From the NCBI GenBank assembly GCA_964016885.1, contig OZ024749.1, positions 28,644,001 through 28,708,000 of the forward strand: DNA of 64,000 bases. Direction: 5' to 3'. This stretch comes from Eledone cirrhosa. Lineage: Eukaryota. The position numbers and the translations under genes were made by a program. Below the pieces are notes generated by a model. It saw only the letters and a list, made by a program, of their open reading frames with translations. It ran no database searches and was not told where the DNA came from. Positions 1 through 11,112 of the stretch are shown piece by piece (position 1 is the stretch's first letter; every line of letters starts with the position of its first letter).

Positions 1-83
1 GCAGGTCTGTGCCATTATCAGCTGGAGGTGGGGGTAACTTTGTCAGTATAGCGTTGTACAAAATGCTTCGCGGTATTTATAGT

Positions 84-460
84 TATGACTTTCAACGTAC
101 TGAGTTTAAATTTCCGCCGGGGATCAACTTTGCCATCCATCCTTCAAGGGTCGACCGGGGTCGATATAATCGACTTTCTCCTTTCCCCCAAATTGCTGGT
201 CTTGTGCTAAATATTAGAAAGAATTATCAGCTAAGGTGATAGATTGGCAGAATCGGTAGAGCGTCTGACGACGAACACATTGTGTTTTTTTTGTTAGGTT
301 TCTTTACGTTCCGAGTTCAAATCCTGCCAAAGTCGATTTTGCCTTTCATCTTTTCAGGGATCGATAAAATAACGCGCATGTCGAGTACTGGAATCGATAT
401 AATCAACTTTGTTCTCCCACCACCCCCCAAAATGTCCTTGTGCCTAAATTAGAAATTGTT
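84..460 (+). mobile_element. two adjacent tRNA-derived SINE copies (first is 5'-degraded)
   Basis: A-box-like tggcagaatcggtag, B-box gagttcaaatcc, and the shared core gtcaactttgcctttcatcc...gtcgataaaat. The same family recurs many times in the window. Confidence 0.75.
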
Positions 461-479
461 ATCAACCGGTCGATACCGT

Positions 480-712
480 CTGTCTGTCTATTTATCACAC
501 GGTAATACATCCATGTGTCTGTCTGTTAATCTATTTTTCAGTAACTCAGTAATACAGCCTTGCGTATGTCTGTCTGCATGTCTATTTATCACACAGTGAC
601 TAGGTAATATAGCCATGTCTCTGCCAGTCCATTTATCACACAGTTAATCGATAATACATCTATGTGTCTGTCTGTCAGTCTATCACACAGTGACTTGGTA
701 ATACAGCCATGT
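480..712. repeat. degenerate ~60-bp tandem repeat
   Basis: Recurring tttatcacacagtgact(a/t)ggtaatacagccatg units. Confidence 0.6.
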
Positions 713-1169
713 ACTGGGTGTATTTATTATGGCACCATCACTGCCGTTTTACTGTTTTGGCTGTGTACATTTTATTGTAGTAACACCAACACTACCACTT
801 TACAGCGTGAGCTGTGTGCATTTTATTGTGGCACCAGCACTACCATTTTCAATACTAGGGCTCTTGCTGTGTCCTTGGTCAGGCAGAAAGGGTAGTGGTC
901 GGAGTTAGAGAGAGTGGCCAAATGGGAAAGGTGGCCTTAAGACAATATCTAGCTATACATTGTAGGGTACACCTGTTTTTCCATAGTATGTGTATGATTT
1001 TATATATATATGTATGCATGTGTGGTATATGTATGTATATGTATTTATATACAGACGTGTGAGGTGTATGTATAGTTTTATATATACATGTATGTGTGCT
1101 GTGTGTATATGTATGGTTGTGTATATATATATATATGTATATTTCATTCTTATATTTCCAGCTTTAAAA

Positions 1170-1221
1170 ATGTACCAGGTGATTGTGATCAAAGAAGGTT
1201 ACCAATATTCTGATGTTAGTG
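1170..1221 (+). CDS. MBLAC1: MBLAC1-like metallo-beta-lactamase domain protein, coding exon 1 of 5
   Basis: Acceptor ttccag ends at 1161, ATG at 1170, MYQVIVIKEGYQYSDVS, then G|gtaaga donor (phase 1). Splices in frame to exon 2. Confidence 0.8.
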
Positions 1222-1458
1222 GTAAGAACTATTTCCTTTTATCTGAAAAGAAAATGAATTTCACAGAGTTAGCTGGTCTCCAACGAAGTTGCATCTCATA
1301 CATGGTTTCTTGGGCATCTTAATGATAAGGACCTCAGTCCTATCATATTGTTACAGCTTACACCTGATGTTAACCTACTTATAAACATCTATTTTGTTTT
1401 TGTTTTTGTTTCTTTTTCCTGGATCAAAGACACACAATCTCTCCCTTCTATTGTTTAG

Positions 1459-1557
1459 GTGAAGAAAATGCTTCAGGCACAATCACCTTTGTAAATGGTC
1501 CTCATAAAATAATTGTTGACACTGGAAATCCCTGGGATAAAGACGATATTGTTCAAG
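1459..1557 (+). CDS. MBLAC1: MBLAC1-like, coding exon 2
   Basis: tttag| acceptor and G|gtaag donor. Encodes (G)EENASGTITFVNGPHKIIVDTGNPWDKDDIVQ, containing MBL motif 1 (IIVDTG). Confidence 0.9.
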
Positions 1558-2409
1558 GTAAGAGTTTTTAAATCATTTTGAAAGTAATCAATTTGGACCT
1601 GGTGTACATGTGTGTGTATTTTTACACTATCGACCCTTCCATGTAAATATTAATAAATCGTTTAGCTTGTGTTTTGGAAATAACTTAACAAAGTGGTTTT
1701 AATTCTAACTTAACAAACAAAGGTTCTTACATGAAATTATATTTGAAAAGATTTAGTCATAGAAATACAACTAACTTTCTCATTAAGTTGGTGTTTGGAA
1801 CATAACTTAACAAAGGTTTGTATATAAGATTATGATGGAAGGTTTTTAGATGAATAACAAATACTTTAACCATTTCATTACTGATAATATTTTTAATTGC
1901 TTTGCTGAGTTGATATTTTATCTTCATATTTTATCTTTTTCTTAAGGTGTCTAATATTAGAGAAAGAAATTACTTTTTAAATGATATTGTCCACTCCTTC
2001 ATTGTTGAATAGATTTCGACAGGTTTTTGGGTGCTATTTCTAACGTTACTATAAGCCTGTCATACTGTTTTAATATATATATAGAGAGATATATGTTCAT
2101 TTACTAGTTTAATGATGCAAGCTGTTGGACACCATGCAGTCTCAGCAACAACATGGTCTGTATACTATCTATTCAATATTTTCTCTACTTTAAAAAAATT
2201 TCCCCTGAAGACGGAATACATTCTTCCAATATTGGTTGTTTCAATGTTTTGAAATAATTACTATTGTTTCTTAATGCCAGAAACAATGCTTGGGGATTGA
2301 ATTATGAGTAAAACTGACTTATTATAGTTGGTCTAGCTTATACCCCCCCCCCCCCCCCCTGAAGATTTTGGCTTAAGTTTAATATGTTTATGTATATATA
2401 TATATATAT

Positions 2410-2600
2410 ATCATCATCATCACTTAATGTATTGTTTTTCTGCGCTTACATGGGTTAGACTGTTTGTCTACATTATAAGACAAGTCTGGCCAGTTGGCCA
2501 TGCTGTACCGTACTCAAATGCAACTGTACTTTGGCTGGATTTTTTTACAGCTGGATGCCCTTCCTAACAACAACCATGTTTACAGTGTAGAATTGGGTAG
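2410..2600 (-). mobile_element. SINE/short retroposon with (GAT)n tail, family also at 21055-21260
   Basis: Shares acagctggatgcccttcctaac and the tcatcatcatc end with 21055-21260. Confidence 0.55.
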
Positions 2601-2881
2601 TCCTGTTATGAGGAGGGACTGGCAAGGTTGGCTGCATTGTACCCTGTTCATAGCGGAACTGTATTTTCGGAGCTAATCTCTCCACTGGATATAAGAAGAC
2701 TACAAATTAGAGTAGTACTCAATACATGGTATATACATATGTTTTTGCATGTAAACCAACACGAGTGACCCCTTTATGGTTTCTCAACCTAACAGTAATA
2801 GCATCTAAAATCACCCTTTTAAGTTACAGTCTAGATAAAATCCCCAGGCATTGCCCCGGGTATCTCTCTGCTAGTCTTATA

Positions 2882-2952
<71 letters not shown>

Positions 2953-3001
2953 AAATTATCACAAGGCTTAAAATGAATTCCTTTTCCTCTATTTATTGCA
3001 G

Positions 3002-3165
3002 GTCTTGCTAAACACGGTGTGGAACCTTCAGATATTGACTATGTTGTATGCACACATGGACATTTAGATCATGTCGGCAACTTAAACCTCTTCAACAATG
3101 CTATATATATCGTCTCCTATGATATCTGTATAAGAAACCGATATTTGATGCATGACTTTAAAGAG
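3002..3165 (+). CDS. MBLAC1: MBLAC1-like, coding exon 3 (HxHxDH metal-binding motif)
   Basis: ttgcag| acceptor and GAG|gtaac donor. Encodes (G)LAKHGVEPSDIDYVVCTHGHLDHVGNLNLF...MHDFKE; THGHLDH is the MBL-fold HxHxDH motif. Confidence 0.93.
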
Positions 3166-3283
3166 GTAACAACCATTGGTTTTCATATCCACCATCACCA
3201 ACAGATATTGTAGTATCAACACTACCACTTTACAGAGTTTACTAGGTGTATATTAGTCGTGTGTTTTGTTTCCTTTCTCGTAG

Positions 3284-3398
3284 GGTATTCCATATGAAAT
3301 TGATGATTATGTTGAAGTGATTGCCACACCTGGTCATACAGGTGAAGATGTGTCTGTGATTGTGAAGAACACACCTTATGGTCTTATAGCTATTACAG
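3284..3398 (+). CDS. MBLAC1: MBLAC1-like, coding exon 4
   Basis: ctcgtag| acceptor and G|gtgagt donor. Encodes GIPYEIDDYVEVIATPGHTGEDVSVIVKNTPYGLIAIT with the TPGHT motif. Confidence 0.92.
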
Positions 3399-3631
3399 GT
3401 GAGTACAGCTTCCCTCTTCACCCATCTATTCTATCTGCTTAATTAGCAATCATGGTTTCCATCTCGATCAGTCACCATCATCATCACCGCCACCATCATA
3501 TCATCATTACCACTACCACCACTTTCATCACCATCATCATCACCATTATCATCACCACCACTATCATCATCACCACTACCATCACTACCTCCACTATCAT
3601 CACTACCACTATCATTGTCAATCATTATCAT

Positions 3632-3812
3632 TGGATTGGCAGTATCGGTAGAGAGTCGGACACAATGCTTTGAAGCATAGAGTTACGTCCCTTTATGATC
3701 TGAGTTCAAATCCCGCCGAGGTTAACTTTGCCTTTCATCCTTACTGGGTCGATAAAATAAAGTACCAGTAATATACTGGGTAATTGCTGGCCTTGTGCCA
3801 AAAGTAGAAACC
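3632..3812 (+). mobile_element. tRNA-derived SINE in intron 4
   Basis: tggcagtatcggtag A box and gagttcaaatccc B box; near-identical to 29467-29645 and 33017-33194 (rc). Confidence 0.85.
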
Positions 3813-3832
3813 ATTATCATTACCACCACCAC

Positions 3833-4280
3833 ATATTGTAGTTTGGGAGGAGCATGCTGCCAATCAAAACACAAGAGCTACACCAATTGAGTTTCACTTC
3901 AGTTTTATTGTTTATCAGGTAATTAATCCATCAATCCATTGATTAATCAAATAAATAATTGTTGAAATTGTTTTTGTCACAATCTGTGACCTTATCGGTG
4001 ACTATTGCCCTGAAAAAAGAAGACAGAGAGAAAAGTAAATTTGGAGTAAGTGTGGAGGAGGAGGAGATAAAGAGGACATGTGTCATTGATAAGGTCACAG
4101 GTTGTGGCAAAAGGATTTTGACAATTAATTAATTGATTGATTAATGACCTGAGGTGAAACTCAACTAGTGCAGTGCATGTGTTTTGACTAGCAACATGAC
4201 CCTCCCAAAATACAACAATATCTATTTCAACATACAATTTCACATCAAGAATCTTGCAAAACAAATACAAAAACAAAATA
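3833..4280. mobile_element. old fold-back Penelope-like remnant (family A) in intron 4, with degraded hammerhead motif
   Basis: Imperfect inverted arms (3833-3905 vs 4150-4221; 3970-4002 vs 4081-4113) plus tail aagaatcttgcaaaacaaat; homologous to 14752-15366 and 42081-43110. Confidence 0.65.
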
Positions 4281-4511
4281 ATTTCATAAGATCATAACTG
4301 TTCCAAAATACAATGTTTTTTTCTCAATTTATAAACCAGATTTTATTCAATTCTCTGTCTAATATATTATCTTTTTTTTTCTTTTGTCAATTTTTATACC
4401 AAATTTTACTCAATTTTCTGTCAAATTAATATATATATATATTCTTTTCTATTGCGTTTTTTTTTTCTCAATTTCTAAACCAAACTTTAAACATTATTTT
4501 GTCTTATGTAG

Positions 4512-4708
4512 GTGATTTATTTGAATGCCAAGAAGATCTAGAAAAACCTCATTTGTGGCAACAGTCAAGCCAGAAACCAGAGTCACAAGAACAGTACCGA
4601 GCTGATATTTTAAAAATAGCTGACTACATCATTCCTGGCCATGGCGCCATGTTTCAAGTACCAGAGTCTTGTAAGAAGCAAATACAGATGGTACTGCTCA
4701 ACGAATAA
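4512..4708 (+). CDS. MBLAC1: MBLAC1-like, coding exon 5 (to stop)
   Basis: atgtag| acceptor. Encodes (G)DLFECQEDL...ADYIIPGHGAMFQV...NE*, with GDLF and IPGHG motifs. Spliced CDS 52+99+164+115+197 = 627 nt = 208 aa with no internal stops. Confidence 0.92.
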
Positions 4709-4787
4709 AATAAAATAAAATATATCTCTCCCTAATATTTCTGAAATATCCAACTTTATTTGTTAAGGTTCTTTGTGGATCAATAAA
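4703..4787 (+). terminator. candidate polyadenylation signals of the MBLAC1-like gene
   Basis: Overlapping AATAAA hexamers at and just after the stop codon; another AATAAA at 4782-4787 followed by a GT/T-rich stretch. Confidence 0.45.
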
Positions 4788-4862
4788 TCTTATATTACAC
4801 ATGTTGTGGTCATTAGTTTGTTCCTTCCATATCTCCTGGTGGTTAACAAGATGGTTAACAAT

Positions 4863-5147
4863 TCGAGGGTTGGCTTACAAGTTCATAGGCTGGCTTACTA
4901 TGAAGGAGTGATGCTAAAGCTGTGAAATATTGTATGTATATATATATATATATATATATACAAGAGTGTGCTGACTATGAAGGAGTGATGCTAGAGCTAT
5001 GAAATCTTGCATGTACTAGCATGGAAAATAGACGTTAAACGATGATGATGATGATACATACATATATATATATATGTACATACGAGTAGGGCTGACAAGT
5101 TCATAAGTTGACTATGAAGAAGTAATGCTAGAGCTGTGAAATCTGGC

Positions 5148-5150
<3 letters not shown>
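4863..5150 (+). mobile_element. three remnants of a Tc1/mariner-like terminal sequence
   Basis: Three copies of gactatgaaggagtgatgctagagctgtgaaat, preceded by tacgag...aagttc-type ends typical of mariner TIRs. Confidence 0.4.
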
Positions 5151-5180
<30 letters not shown>

Positions 5181-5639
5181 CACTTCTAAATTAGAAATAT
5201 ATTATTGGCAAAAAAGTTAAATTTTTTATACTTACCTGGGTCCTTAACTGTTTGTGGAGTCACAGGGACATTATTGGAACATCTTGGGCATTTGAACCTG
5301 GCAAAGCTCATTCTTCATGTGTCAGAGTACAGCTGATTTCTTCCAGAGGGAGAGAAGGGTATATAAAGGAAGAATCAACCCCAGTGTTATTTATTGAACA
5401 GTGAAATATGTACTTGTGGTTATGTGTTTAATTGTACATTGTGGGCCCAGATGGTGTGTTGGAGAAGGAGGGGGGGGGGGGGGGGGGGGGCATTGTCTGT
5501 GAAATTATACAAGACTTTGCTAAAATTTAGCAGCGAACTCTCTATTGTTGCTATTATCTAAAATTCTGAGGTGGAGTTTTTGTTTTAGTTAGGGGGAAGA
5601 TAGTTTCAAAGTTAGAAACAGAGCTATGTGTTTATGTAT

Positions 5640-6000
5640 AAGAGGGAGACACCATGTCATTGAGGGGTCATGAGTTGCATTTGTGTGTATGTGTGGGTCT
5701 ATTAGCATGTGTATTTGTTTATGTATGTGTGTGTGGGTCATGTTATGTTGCATTTGTGTGGGTGTATTAACGTGTGTTTGTTTGTGTATATGTGTGTGAG
5801 GGGTCGTGTCGTGTTGCATTTGTGTGGGTTTATTAATGTGTGTGTGTTAATATACATGTATTTGTTAATGTGTGCATGTGGTGGGGGGTATGAGTGTGTG
5901 TGTGAGGGGTCATGTGTTGCGTTTGTGTGTGTGTGAGGGGGCATTGTGTTGTGTTAAATTAGTGGGGGTGCCTTTTGTGGGTGTATTAGCATGTGCGTGT
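5640..6000. repeat. GT-rich minisatellite
   Basis: Repeated gaggggtcatgtgttgcatttgtgtg units. Confidence 0.6.
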
Positions 6001-6332
6001 GTGTGTTAACGTGGTTAGTGTGTGTATGTTTTTAATGTGTGTGTTGGATTATCATTTTTCATTTCTCCACAACCCACCCTTACTATATACACACACACAC
6101 ACATACACACATGTATATAGACAGACAGAGAGACATATATGTGTATGTGTACATGCATGTGTTCGAGAAAATTCCCTATTAAGAAATGTTCCCCCTAATC
6201 CATTTATAATCAGCCTGAGATAATCCACCTTGTTAATCTCATTATGGATTAATGTAACAATAGATATTTGTAGAAACCCCAGGTTGGTTTGTTGAATATG
6301 TACATACACATATACATACACATACACTACAC

Positions 6333-6364
<32 letters not shown>

Positions 6365-6744
6365 GCACATATATTTGGGAAATATATATTAGCCTCGAGC
6401 ATATCAAATATATATGTGAATATATTTCCGTCGCAGCTATAATCATCCCCAACACTTGCATCAATGATATTATCACCTCCATCTCCACCAACACCAATGA
6501 CACTAACATCACCATCTCCACCAACACCAATGACACTAACATCACCATCTCCACCAACACCAATGCCACCTTCACCAACAACAACATCACCACCACTTCC
6601 ACCAACTACAACACAACCTCTACCATAATCACCACCTCCACCAACACCAACATCCCAATCTCCAACACCATTGCCAACCTGTCTTTATGTGGCTGTTCGA
6701 CTTGCTAGAAATAACACTCAAATGTTTGTGTGCTTGTGTGTTTC

Positions 6745-7330
6745 TTTGAATGGCTAAAATGACACTTCTTCCACACAGTAATTACTTTAGTTTCAACTCA
6801 CAGTCTCAGATCAAGTCATCTGCCAGACATTTTCATCTGTGGCTAAAATGACTCTTCCACCATGCAATTGTTTTATTTTCAACACGCATTCTCAGATCAA
6901 GTCACTTACCAGACATGTACAACTGTGGTTAAAATGACTCTTCCACATTGTAACTGTTTTAATTTCAACACACCACAGTCTGAGATCAAGTCATCTTCCA
7001 GACATCTACAACTGTGGCTAAAATGACTCTTCCACCATGTAATTGTTTTAGTTTCAACACTCCACTGTCTCAGATCAAATCACTTACCAGACATGTAGAA
7101 CTGTGGCGAAAATGACTCTTCAATGACGTAATTGTTTTAGTTTCAATACGGTGTCAGATCAAATCACTTACTAAACATGTACAACTGTTGCTAAAATGAC
7201 TCTTCCACACTGTAACTCTTTTAGTTTCAACACTTAGTCTCATATCAAGTCACTTGCCAGATAAGTAACTCAAATGACTCTTCAATATCACAAAGTCTAA
7301 GGTCAAGTCATCTGCCAGACATGTACAACT
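6745..7330. repeat. ~80-bp tandem minisatellite, about 7 copies
   Basis: Repeated gtggctaaaatgactcttcc...agtttcaacac...tcagatcaagtca...cagacatgtacaact. Confidence 0.85.
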
Positions 7331-7575
7331 CCATAATTACAAAGCTTCAGCCAAGTGACCAAAACCCAATATATAACCCTTTTGATACCAACACACTCCA
7401 AACCGCCTTTGATTCTATGAAAGAAAGTCACCCATTTTTTAAATAGTTTTTATTTAAATTAAAATCTAATAACACAATTTCCATATTAAATTAGTATCTC
7501 CTCCTCCCCTTCACCCCTTCTTCGTCCTCCTTCTTCTTCTTCTTCTTTACCTACTTATTCCTGAGAGGAGGGTCA

Positions 7576-7802
7576 TCAGGGAAGAATCCTCAAGTATTCC
7601 CTCCAGTGGGTCCTGTTAGAAACAACCGTCTCCAACTGATCTGGCTGGATCCCCAAGTGAGACCAGTCGAGCTCATGGATGTTATCCAACCACCTTCCTC
7701 GGAATCTACCCTTGGGTCTCCTGCTGGTTAGTTTTGCCCGTAAAATAAGTCCTGTGATTCTTTCCTGAGACATTCTAACCACATGCCCATAGTATTGGAG
7801 CT
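7576..7802 (-). mobile_element. 3' fragment of an RTE-clade LINE ORF
   Basis: Translation LQYYGHVVRMSQERITGLIL...RRPKGRFRGRWLDNI...NRTHWR matches the GHVxRM...RxxGRxxxRWxDxI C-terminus of RTE elements; a purine-rich simple tail follows. Confidence 0.75.
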
Positions 7803-7912
7803 ATAGTATCTTAGTAGAGTGAAATAATTGATAATTTTAGTAAGTTCCTCAAAATTCTTAATGGGTTAAATTAAATACAGTGTGTTTCATTATACATAAG
7901 GTAAGGGTAGTG

Positions 7913-8125
7913 TATTGACAGAATCGGTAGAGCATCAAACAAAATGCTTTGTGGTATTTAGTTGTGACTTCCTACATTCTGAGTTCAAATTCCATTGAGG
8001 TCAACTTTGCCATTCATCCTTCTGAGGTCAATGAAATATATAGTACCAGTTAAATACTGGAGTTGATATAATCGACTTTCTCCTTCCACTCCCAAATTGC
8101 TGTCATTGAACCTATGTTAGAAACC
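7913..8125 (+). mobile_element. tRNA-derived SINE
   Basis: gacagaatcggtagag, gagttcaaat, gtcaactttgccattcatcc core. Confidence 0.75.
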
Positions 8126-9091
8126 ATGATACATATAGTAACAAAAGGGATAAGACCCTACTAAAATACTGAGAGACTTAGGGGAAATATATAGAAGATA
8201 AGAGAAAATACTACACACACACACACACACAAGTTGTCGGGGTTAAAGGATTAAGAAGAAATTCAATTAGTTTTCTCATCTGGCTAACAAACAATTATTT
8301 ATTAATAAGCAAAGTTTCTTTTTTCTTTTTTTTTCTTTTCTTTTTTTGTTTGTTTGTTTGTTTGTTTGCCTAATCCTATTAATGAAGTCCAATGCATGGC
8401 GGGATTGTTAAAAAATCGGTGAGGGGGAGATTTCAGGTGTTTAACAGACGATAGCAGATGATAGAAAACAAAAGATGGGGGGAAAATATTTTCTGTCAAA
8501 AATAACCTTGTTCTAAAGACGGGATATTACGCAGCTGGATATTATAGATCGTAACCTTTTAATTTCGTTGATTTTCGGAATATCCCAGACATTGCTATTA
8601 ATTATTAATCTGTTGGCTTTATATAAATAACTTAAATAGCTTGTCACACTAGTTGATTGTTTGGAGATCTTCAAACAAAGAAACATCGTCCGTTTTACTA
8701 AATGAAACTACTTCACTTATTATATATATATATATATATATATTTACAATATTTCATTTAAAGACGAAAGATAAAAAAAAAAAATCGTGTTTCAAATCAA
8801 TAACTTTACAGTGGTTGTAGAACATAAAATATATTTTACAAACGCTGAATACTTCTTTTTTGTTTCTAATAAACCAATAAATATAAAAATCCAGATTTTC
8901 AATACACGAAATACATTCGTCTTCGACATGAAACCGTTCCACTTACAGAACATGTCTATTTATCTATTTCTGGACTATTAAAGAGACCAAATCCCTAATC
9001 ATCTGATTTCATCTAAAAAAAAAAAAAAAAAGATAAAAAAAAACTATATAAATCTTTCTCTGATTCTTGCAATGGATACATTTTTCCAAGG

Positions 9092-9925
9092 ATGGCCAAT
9101 TCTAGCTGCTACTTCCAATATTCTAAAGTACCTCAAAGACTTGACCAACTGGAATATATAATCAGTAAGTTGAAACGGAAATTTGAAACAATTGAAGAAC
9201 GAGTGTTCGATATTGGTCAATATATGGACTTGTACATTGATAAAATACGTGAGTTGGATCAATTAACTAGTCTTTTAATTATCTTGAAAGCTGGTAATGA
9301 AGAATCGTTACAGTTAATGGACTATCTGCTAATATTTTTCACAGCCATTAGTAATCAAATGAAAGAAAAAGATGAGACTATGAACCAAGATTATTCTCTC
9401 TTTACTCTGAGAAACGACGCTAAAACACAGAAATTGATGGCAGATGTGTTGGATATATTAGGTTTCACTTCGGAATGTATTCACATCTTAATGTTGAGTT
9501 TAAAGATTGTTCATGAAGATGAATGGAGAAAACGGAAGAAAGGTTTGAGCAGTTTTGATTCGGTGAAAAACCCTCAAAAAGTTTACAATTATCTACGCCT
9601 AACTCATTCCGACGTTGAACGAGACATTCAATTCACTTTACAAAAAATGATTGCTATTGTATATTTTGAAGCATTATTTGCACATATTTCGGACAATTCA
9701 GAAGAATTTGAGGCGAATTTGGATAATTCCCCAGCTGATATTGAGCTTAGTTCTCAGAACTTGGATAATTGTCCACACGATTTCGAACTTAGTTCTCATA
9801 TTCACTGTTCTTTAGGGAATTCCGAGAAAGAACGCGATGATGAAGTAATATTCCACGATTTATTATACGATATCAAATCGTCGGTCAGGAAAATGCGCGC
9901 CCAAAAGTTGTTTAAGTTAAAATAA
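9092..9925 (+). CDS. intronless 277-aa helical protein, possibly FAM92/CIBAR-like BAR domain (uncertain)
   Basis: 834-nt uninterrupted, non-repetitive ORF in very AT-rich DNA; amphipathic helical pattern; internal 14-aa duplication NLDNSPADIELSSQ/NLDNCPHDFELSSH. Confidence 0.7.
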   Translation: MANSSCYFQYSKVPQRLDQLEYIISKLKRKFETIEERVFDIGQYMDLYIDKIRELDQLTSLLIILKAGNEESLQLMDYLLIFFTAISNQMKEKDETMNQDYSLFTLRNDAKTQKLMADVLDILGFTSECIHILMLSLKIVHEDEWRKRKKGLSSFDSVKNPQKVYNYLRLTHSDVERDIQFTLQKMIAIVYFEALFAHISDNSEEFEANLDNSPADIELSSQNLDNCPHDFELSSHIHCSLGNSEKERDDEVIFHDLLYDIKSSVRKMRAQKLFKLK

Positions 9926-10548
9926 ACGTTTGTTATCAAGTGTTCTAGAGGGTAAGCTTCCAAGACATGGAGTTTTTGATTCGCTTTCGATTCCGAGTTG
10001 AAGCTGTCTAACGTCCCTTATACCACAGACCTATTATTATGGGTACCACAAGGGGCAAGGGCAGCAGACGCCCTATCTCTTGATCGAGGGTGTTGTCCTT
10101 ACGGGTAAGGCAAGAACATGACTTTTCTTTTTCTTTCTCTCCTAAATATTTCATATTTTATGTTTTCCTGGAGAAACCAAGGCGGTACCGTTCTGCTTCA
10201 GAGACACCATAGATGTCTCCTAATGGATTGGATTTATCCTGTGTAAAAACAAGCAATCGTGGATTCTAAACCACCTTTCTTGTCTTTGCTTTAGATGTTG
10301 GTATGTGAAATATCTAAAATATATGAAAGGTGGTTTGCAATTGTCTGCTATGAAACTTAAATATTATAAACCATGATTATTTAACCAAATTATTTTTACG
10401 CGAACATATATTTCATTGTACAAATATTTATTTAATATATTCTTCTGATCATCACATCACACTCTCGTTTTCGTTCTTTTTTTGAAGGATAAATTGTTTT
10501 GTTTTTTTATTGTTTTCCTCTCTCTCTTTTCTGTCTTGGTAACACAGA

Positions 10549-10690
10549 AGGGCGACGAAACGGCAGAGTTGCTAAGGCATCCGATTACAAATACCTCGGT
10601 ATTTGATCCGGCTCTTTGTGATCTGAGTTCAAATCTCACCGAGGTCAATTTTGCCTTTCATTCTTCTGAGATAGATAAACGAAGTACAAG
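10549..10690 (+). mobile_element. degenerate tRNA-derived SINE
   Basis: gatctgagttcaaatctcaccgaggtcaattttgcctttcattc core. Confidence 0.65.
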
Positions 10691-10699
10691 ACCACTACT

Positions 10700-11112
10700 T
10701 TGTTAAAAACATAATATATATACACACTATTGGGTATATATTCTTCTCTAAATATAAACATTTCTCACTTTCAATCGTTATTATCCCTGTATAATAAATT
10801 TAAGACCTTTGTTTAAAACATAATATACACATACTATTAGGTATATATTGTTCTCTAAATATAAACAGTTCTCTCTTACGATTATTCTCACTGTATAACA
10901 ATTCAAACCTCTCTGTTTAAACATAATATACACACACTCATTCTTCTCTAAGTATCACCCATTCTTCTCTAAGTATAAACATACCTCTCTTACGATCATT
11001 CTCATTGTATAACAATTTAAACTACTTAGGTATAAACCTCACATACACACACTATTGGGTTTCCATTCTTCTCTAAATATAAACATGTCTCTTTTGATTA
11101 TTATTCTCACTG
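10700..11112. repeat. ~110-bp tandem repeat, about 4 copies
   Basis: Repeated aacataatatacacacta...ttctctaaatataaaca...ttattctcactgtataac. Confidence 0.7.

Noticed and set aside
3632-3720. tRNA gene (A and B boxes)
   Set aside because: No cloverleaf; the boxes are the head of a multi-copy SINE.
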